Source: Eledone cirrhosa (taxonomy: Eukaryota). Taken from it: a DNA stretch of 64,000 nt. Numbering within the stretch: the first letter of the stretch is position 1; each line of letters starts with the position of its first letter. Below are positions 53,775 to 64,000 of this stretch, piece after piece. The notes below the pieces were generated by a model. The model was not told where the DNA came from. It worked only from the letters and a program-made list of their open reading frames with translations, and did no database searches. Location: the NCBI GenBank assembly GCA_964016885.1, contig OZ024740.1:89528001-89592000 (forward strand). The letters are read 5' to 3'. The position numbers and the translations under genes were made by a program.

Positions 53775-55761
53775 GTTTAATAAAATTAAAGACAAAAATA
53801 GTTCTAGATTCACCCAATTTGACATTGTAGATTTCTACCCATCTATCACTCAGACTCTTTTAGCGAAAGCTTTAAATTTCGCTAGAAAGTTTACCAATAT
53901 CTCTGATATTGAAGAGAATGTCATCTTGCACGCTAGAAACACTCTACTCTTTATTGATAATGACACTTGGGTAAAAATATCTAAACCAGAGAGCCCATTC
54001 GATGTCTCAATGGGCTCATTTGATAGTGCTGATGTTTGTGATTTAGTCGGCCTATTCCTCCTACACACACTTAAAGAAAAATTCCCTAACCATATTTTTG
54101 GGCTTTATCGCGACGATGGTCTAATACTTTCCCATACCACCATAGGCCATAATTAGATAGATTAAGGAAAGACTTAATAAAAACCTTTGCTAGTTTTAAT
54201 CTTAAAATTACTATTGACACTAACCTTTCCAATGTTAATTTCCTAGATATAAACCTAGATTTGCCTACTGCTTCTTATAAACCATACCATAAACCTAATG
54301 AAAATTTAAAATATATAAATAAAGGCTCTTGCCATCCTCCTATAGTTTTTAAAAACCTTACCCTTAATATTAGCCGTAGGATCTCCACCCTCTTTTCCTC
54401 AGAAGCTATTTTCAATAAGGCATCCCTCTACTATAATAAAGCCCTCCAAAATAGTGGATTTAGCGAACCGATTAAATACATACCCAACTATACTAACTCT
54501 ATTAAACATAAAAAACATGAAAAGAAAAATGATCTGGTCCCCCCCCCCTTCTCTCTAGCAGTTAAAACTAATGTAGGCAAAACATTCCTAGAACTCTTAG
54601 ATAAACATTTCCCTAGAACACATAGATACTATAAGATCTTTAATAGAAACTGTGTCAAAATTAGCTACTCATGCGGTACCACTATTAAATCTTATATCAT
54701 CAACAAACAATCACCTAGAGAACATCAACATTGCTCCTGTAGAATCAAAAGTGAATGCCCATTACAAGGTAAATGCAACACCAAAGCCATTGTATATGCG
54801 GATAAAGTGACAACCACAGCAACAACCAACCAGCCACTAGTGAACGATATGTGGGTATGACGCAAGACAAATTCAAAACACGTTATTACTCACATGTCGC
54901 ATCCTTTCGACATCTAGATAAAAGATTCACAATAGTTCTGGCTAGCAGAATATGGGATTTGAAAGACCAAGGTATCCAATATAAATTGGATTGGTCAATT
55001 TTGAACCAATCTAAAGAATTTGCAAGAGGAACAAGAAAATGCAGACTCTGCATAAATGAAAAATATTGGATTTTGCAAAACCTTAAATCTCCAAAGACCT
55101 GCCTAAACACAAATATAGAAATGTTCACCAGTTGCCCACACATGAAATCACACTTGCTTTCCAGCTCATATAAACTTAACACACTTTCAGATACTTATCC
55201 TCCATAAGCTCTTATTCTTCACTTAAATTATTCTCTTTAAAGACTACTCTTTCTGATTTACTTTCATTTTTAATCTTATTATTAATTTTATTTTTATTTT
55301 TATTTTTACTTCACATCCACCAGTACCCCCCCCCCCTTTATTCTCCGATTCACTTACCTAATATCTTCACTTTCCACATTTTACTTCCCTATTTTCTTTA
55401 CTACCTGATTAAACTAGCCACTTACGTTTTCCACTCCAGATATTTTCTGTTATTTCGCAGCCAATTTTATGTTTTTATATTTGTACTCACTTATTCATGA
55501 GGCTGTTTTTACACCCTGTATCTATGTGTCTGAGCGTCTTTATGTGTGTATACTTTCTGTATATGTACACGAACTCCTCCGTATGTGCGCGTGCGTGCGT
55601 GTATATATATATGTGTTTTTATATCTGTGTTTTTACATCTATGTTTTTTACATTCTTATTTTTATGTGTGTGCGTGTAAGCGGGTCAATGTGCGTGGATA
55701 TATGTATGTGTGTATGTGTGTATATATGTATTGCATGTATGGATGTGTATGGGTGCGTGTG

Positions 55762-55796
<35 letters not shown>

Positions 55797-56570
55797 TTAT
55801 ATATATATATATGTATGTGTATACAGTCGCGTACGTACGTGTGATTAGATGTACATGGGGCGATATGTATGTATATATATGTGCATCCTGTGTGTGTATG
55901 TACGCGTGTACCTTGTTTGTTTTGTTTTCTTTCTTTTCTCTTCTGTAGTGTTAATTGACTACTTTCTCTTTCATTTAAAGATTTTTTTCTTTCTAATATA
56001 TTGTTCCATTTTTATAAATATATCGAGAATGATACTTTCTTTTAACTATTACACTCCCTTACCTCTTTTCCTTCCGCATGTAAGTGAACGCGCGTGTGTG
56101 TGTATTTATACGCGTGCCTTCATATTCATATAATGTATCTAATACCCTGTTTTCTGTATACGTGTCAACCAGATTATCAATTTATTTTCAACTCATATTA
56201 TATCTGTATTTGTGATTAAATATACACACATATACTTGCCCTCATATATATATTTACGCACACATGTTCACCATACACACGCATTTGTACGTACATAAAT
56301 ATGTACATCTGTGAGTGTATATACATACATATATACACACACCTAACTATATTTCCTTATCATTTTTTTATATATTTTATATGACTATTGCATCACTTTT
56401 ATTTATATATATATATATTTTTTGCATTTCTTGAGGAGACTTTCCAAATATTTCACTATGTTTTATATTGCCTCGTCCGACGAACGAATCAGGACGTTTC
56501 TTTCGTATTCGTCTTATTCGGGAAACCTCTGGTAATGAGGTAATTATATTGTATTGTTTATTATGCATTA
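53775..56570 (+). mobile_element. Naiad-like PLE (family D), right arm of the inverted pair
   Basis: Reverse complement of 50762-53712; CSC..ECP..GKC, CRLC..EK, SCPH. Confidence 0.93.
56471..56540 (+). ncRNA. Type I HHR with U4C core and long stem II (mirror copy 50792-50861)
   Basis: CCTCGT-CCGACGA-A-CGAAT(C/G)AGGACG...CGTCTTATTCG-G-GAA-ACC tct GGT-A-ATGAGG. Confidence 0.82.
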
Positions 56571-56644
56571 AATTTTGCTCTGGTACTTACATAGAGCACT
56601 CTTCAATCCTATGACTTTTTAAATTTTCAACGGAAGCTTCAATA

Positions 56645-57052
<408 letters not shown>

Positions 57053-57053
<1 letters not shown>

Positions 57054-57899
57054 AAAATATTAAACAAATAATGAATAAACAATTCCTTATATTAAACAAA
57101 AAAAGTTCATTATTTAACGATCGTTTCTAGGATATATATGTGTTAGAGTTGGCATGCATATTCAACAGATCTATGTACAAAATTATACAAAATTATACAA
57201 ACTATCAAGATTAAATATACATACCAACACATATATACGCCGTCTTCAGAAATAATGAAATATATTTATTGATAATAACAACAATTCAAACTTTCAGGTC
57301 CGATTGGGAACAAAATTGACCAATGAAAATACAAAAGGTTTAATGCCGTTCGGTGTGTGTATATACATGTAATAACCCTTACACATATTTTACAAAAATG
57401 TATGCACAACCTGTATACTCATACAAAAAGGATGGATGCAAATACAAAATTTCAAGGTTAATGTCTCTGTAAGTTTATAATGCACAGATAAGATGCGTAT
57501 AGATACATAAATATGAAATAAGTGTATACACATATTTTCATACTAACACATATCCGTATAATCACACATACACGCGCGTATATGCATAAACATACACATA
57601 AACTACAAACATACAAACACACACACACCACCACTCACATATATATATGTGGATATAAAATCCTAAGCACATGGATATTAATTCACTCACATAAACACTG
57701 GCACACACATTTAGATAAAGATACAGAAATTAGGTGGGAGGGGGGGGCTGAGGTCAGTATTCAACGGTTTGGGCTGCCTGCTTAATATAGATGTATCTAT
57801 AAACTAAGAAAATAAAAAATAATAATAAATAATAAATAAACATTAAAAAGGAAAGAAAAGAAAAAGAAAAAAGAAAAAAGAAAAAAGAAATATATCAAG

Positions 57900-57934
<35 letters not shown>

Positions 57935-58146
57935 ATATATATATATCTATATATACATATACATACATATAAATATACATACACATACATACACACACAC
58001 CCACACATATACATATACACATACACATATACAAACACATACATACATATACACACATCCACACTTAGAACATAACATACACACACATATATAAACATAT
58101 ACATATACACACATAGATACAAATACACACATACATATAAATACAC

Positions 58147-58227
<81 letters not shown>

Positions 58228-58542
58228 CACTCATACATAGGCATATAATCACACATACTATATAGACACACATATATATACACACATACATACACATATA
58301 CCTACACTTACATACATATATACATACAGATATACACATACATACCTATATATACACACAAACACATACAGACGTATATACATACATACAGACAAATACT
58401 TACGCATCTATATATCGGTATATACATACAAACACCACTACACTCTCACACAACTCAGACATACAAAGAAAAAGGTATATACCCATACACATATACATAT
58501 ACAAATAGAGAAACATATACATATATATGTATATATATACAC

Positions 58543-58575
<33 letters not shown>

Positions 58576-58813
58576 CATACATATACATATACACATACAC
58601 ACATACACATACAAACACATACATACATGTACGCACACATAGATATATATACACACACACATACACACATACACATGCATATATAGTCATACACACACAT
58701 ACACCTACACGAACATACACATACACATATACAAAGATATATATACACACACACACATACATACACACACACACATATATATAAAAAAAATAAAGATATA
58801 TATATATATATAT

Positions 58814-58860
<47 letters not shown>

Positions 58861-59833
58861 CATACACATACATACACACATACATAGACATATATGTACA
58901 TACATACATATACATAGATACATACACATACATACATACATATATATATACACACACATAGACATATACATACATACACACACAACATACATACACACAT
59001 ATATACTCATACATAGAATTAGATATATAAACATACATACATACGCACTTACATATACTCATATATACCAATACAAACGCATCCATATATGTGTATATAC
59101 ATAGAAACACCACTACACCCTCACCCAATTCAGATATACAAAGAAAAAGGCATATACATATACATATATACACGCATCAATAGAGATATATATACACATA
59201 TATATATATATATATACATGTGTGTACACACATACACTTATATACATATACCCACACACACATACAACCATAAATACACATACAAACACCCACATATATA
59301 AATATATACACATATATATATATATACACACACATAAAAGACAGACATGCACACATATATATTTTTTTACACATATATATACACATATATATACACACAC
59401 ACACCCTCACATATACACATACACATAAGTTATATTATAATAATAAATAATATATATATATATACACATACATATATATATATACATATATATATATACA
59501 TATATATATATATACACACACACATATATGAATATAGACATATAAACACACATAGATATATATACATACATATATACACATACATATACACACACACACA
59601 TATACACATTCACATATATATGTGTGTGCATACACACATATATATACATACACACATATACACATAAACACATATATGTGTATACATGCACACACACACA
59701 TATATCCACATAGATACGAAGATATACATATAAATAGAGAGACATACATATATATACACACACACACATATACATACATACATACACACACATATATATA
59801 TATATACATATACATACATATATATATATACAC

Positions 59834-59864
<31 letters not shown>

Positions 59865-60630
59865 CATATACACATACAGACATACACATACACATACATA
59901 TACACACATGCATATATACACACATATACACATACATACACACATATATATATATATACACACAATCATACATTCTTATTTGCATGCGCATATATGTATG
60001 TTTATATTCAGATATAAATACCCAAATATATATACACCTACCTACATATATATTCATACATACACGCTTACAAACACAGATGATAATAGTATGGGGGAAA
60101 GGGGGGGGGTTGGAGAAGGGGATTATAGTAAATATATGTTTCAAGAAACATAGAATATTATCTGTATCTAGATCCAATGTATGTTTATACATAGTATCAG
60201 TGTTAGGAAATACAATAAACAAGGAATAAGGTAAAATTTATGCAATTCAAAATAAATAAGTATACCATTAATTATATGTTAACTAAACTAAAGATAGTTA
60301 ACATATTGATTTCTAAGGTGTAAATTAGTTAGGTTTATAATATTTGAAGCAGAATTTTGAAGTTAAATAGTAGTAGAGTATTAATTATAGTATAACTAAA
60401 TTAAAGTTAATAACTTTATGGTATCAATATTAGGAAATGAATTTAGTAATAGGGAAAAAACAAATAAAGTATTACATCGGTAGTAGAATATAAAATATAG
60501 GTTAATTAAATTAAAAATTATATATTTATTTCTATAGTATATGTTAATTAGGTATATAATAAATAAAACAGATATTGTATTTTATCAATCGCAGAATATA
60601 ATTATATGCAAATAGAAATCAAAATTAATA
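57053..60630 (-). mobile_element. Probable PLE 3'UTR (family E) swollen by TA/CA microsatellite
   Basis: 57053-57230 is inverted at 60806-60987; about 57395-59460 is inverted at about 62245-64000; degenerate HHR-like motif at 57111-57173. Confidence 0.55.
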
Positions 60631-60679
60631 CATATATATATACATATACATACATATATATATATACACATATATATAT

Positions 60680-60805
60680 GATCCTTCAGGTTGAAGTGTG
60701 GTCTTTTCAATGCCAAAGGTTCAGTTTTATCTTCAATGTTTAGTTTTTTTACTATGTTGTGTGTTTTGTTGTTGATGTTGGTGAGTGACGCATTATTAGA
60801 TTTTT
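60680..60805 (-). mobile_element. Small PLE pre-RT coding fragment
   Basis: Minus-strand translation NINNKTHNIVKKLNIEDKTEPLALKRPHFNLKDH parallels family C NINNSACDIVKKLCIDDRTQP...FNLKDHK. Confidence 0.7.
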
Positions 60806-61120
60806 TATGTGTTGTTATGTATATTTAATCTTGATAGTTTGTATAATTTTGTATAATTTTGTACATAGATCTGTTGAATATGCATGCCAACTCTAACACA
60901 TATATATCCTAGAAACGATCGTTAAATAATGAACTTTTTTTGTTTAATATAAGGAATTGTTTATTCATTATTTGTTTAATATTTTATCTTGACTCTGTAT
61001 ACTGTTTATCTTTCACCGAAAGTGATTTTTCATTACATTTCTTCTTTCCATGATATCCGGAATACATTGAGTTCTTCATACGGATTGGACACTACCGTAA
61101 ACTCTTGGTAGATTTATCTA

Positions 61121-62244
<1,124 letters not shown>

Positions 62245-62255
<11 letters not shown>

Positions 62256-62834
62256 TATTTATTATTATAATATAACTTATGAGTATGTGTATATATGTGA
62301 GTGTGTGTATATGAATATATATGTATATATATGTGTAAAAAAATATATATGTGTATGTGTGTTTTTTTTGTGTGTGTGTATATATATGTATGTATATATG
62401 TGTGTATGTATGTGTTTGTATGTGTGTTTATGGTTGTATGTGTGTGTGGGTATATATATAAATGTATGTGTATATATATTTATATATGTGTATATGTATC
62501 TCTATTAATGTGTGTATATATGTATATGTATATACCTTTTTCTTTGTATGTCTGAGTTGAGTGAGAGTGTAGTGGTGTTTGTATGTATATACGCATATAT
62601 GGATGCGTATGTATTTGTATATATGAGTATATGTAAGTGCGTATGTATGTATGAATATATATCTATGTCTATGTATGAGTATATATGTGTGTGTATGTAT
62701 GTTGTGTGTGTATGTATGTATGTGTGTATGTGTGTATGTGTGTATATGTGTATATATATATATATGTGTGTATATGTATGTATGTATGTGTATGTATGTA
62801 CATATATGTGTATGTATATGTGTGTGTGTATATA

Positions 62835-62881
<47 letters not shown>

Positions 62882-63069
62882 TTATTTTATATATATGTGT
62901 GTGTGTGTATGTATGTGTGTGTATATATATCTTTATATATGTGTGTGTATGTTCGTGTAGGTGTATATGTGTGTATGACTATATATGTATGTGTGTATGT
63001 GTGTATGTATGTATGTGTATGTGTGTGTACATGTATGTATGTGTATGTATATATATGTGTGTATATGTG

Positions 63070-63132
<63 letters not shown>

Positions 63133-63408
63133 GTATCTCTATTTGTATGTGTATATGTATATGTATATACCTTTTTCTTTGTATGTCTGAGTTGTGTGAG
63201 AGTGTAGTGGTGTTTGTATGTATATACCGATATATGGATGCGTAAGTATTTGTGTGTATGTATGTATGTATGTATGTATGTATTTGTGTGTATATATAGG
63301 TATGTATGTGTATGTCTGTATGTATATAAGTATGTATGTATATGTATATGTGCGTGTATGTGTATATATATGTGTGTCTATATATGTATGTGTGATTATA
63401 TGTGGATA

Positions 63409-63457
<49 letters not shown>

Positions 63458-63522
63458 ATATGTGTGTATGTATGTATATGTATATGTTTATATATGTGTG
63501 TGTGTGTGTGTTCTATGTGTAC

Positions 63523-63561
<39 letters not shown>

Positions 63562-64000
63562 TCTTGATATATTTCTTTTTTCTTTTTTCTTCTTCTTTTC
63601 TTTCCTTTTTATTTTTTATTTCTTAGTTTATAGATACATCTATAAATAAGCAGTCTGCCCAAACCGTTGAATACTGACCTCTCCCCCCCCCTCCCACCTA
63701 ATGTCTGTATCTTGATCTAAATGTGTGTGGCAGTGTTTATGTGAGTGAATTAATATCCATGTGCTTATGATAATATTATATCCACATATATATGTGTGTG
63801 GGGGTGTGTGTGTGTATGTATGTTCGTAATTATGTGTATGTTTATGCATATACGCGCGCGTGTGTGTGAGTGTACGGATATGTGTGAGTATGAGAATATG
63901 TGTATACACTTATTTCATATTTATGTGTCTATACGCATTTTATCTGTGCATTATAAACTTACAGAGACATTAGCCTTGAAATTTTGTATTTGCATACATC
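62245..64000 (+). repeat. Inverted diverged copy of about 57395-59460, running off the window end
   Basis: Unique anchors match as reverse complements, e.g. CCCAAACCGTTGAATACTGACCTC at about 63658 vs about 57750. Confidence 0.85.

Noticed and set aside
53502-54156. Two ORFs starting MSNWVNLE on opposite strands
   Set aside because: Artefact of reading across the inversion centre.
54720-55207. Selenocysteine recoding as reported for some Naiad PLEs
   Set aside because: The conserved Cys positions read in families A, C and D are TGT/TGC, not TGA, and no convincing SECIS was seen.

Overview
Eukaryotic, AT-rich, repeat-saturated DNA with no recognisable host protein-coding gene. The (TA)n, (ATT)n and (CA)n load and the SINE types suggest a cephalopod, probably Octopus (inference). 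Nearly all identifiable sequence is decayed retroelements. These are at least 6 families of Penelope-like elements (PLEs; Naiad-like YRDDG and Neptune-like RYVDD RT plus GIY-YIG), three R4/Dong-like copies in tandem on (TAA)n, three L1/Tx1-like copies, one GC-rich CRE-like element with a PHD-like finger, RTE fragments and two tRNA-derived SINE families. The most notable signal is non-coding. About 17 Type I hammerhead ribozyme (HHR) motifs or remnants mark PLE 3' ends. Their cores are family-specific: canonical CUGANGA, compensatory U3-A8 UUGANAA, U4A, and U4C with a long stem II. Six independent head-to-head fold-back structures (arms from about 30 bp to about 2.9 kb) have 5' ends joined centrally and HHR or tail ends running out into microsatellites. 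HHRs and inverted copies in PLEs are known in principle, so the variant set, density and repeated geometry are what merit testing. All structures were folded by eye, and coordinates of degraded elements are approximate.
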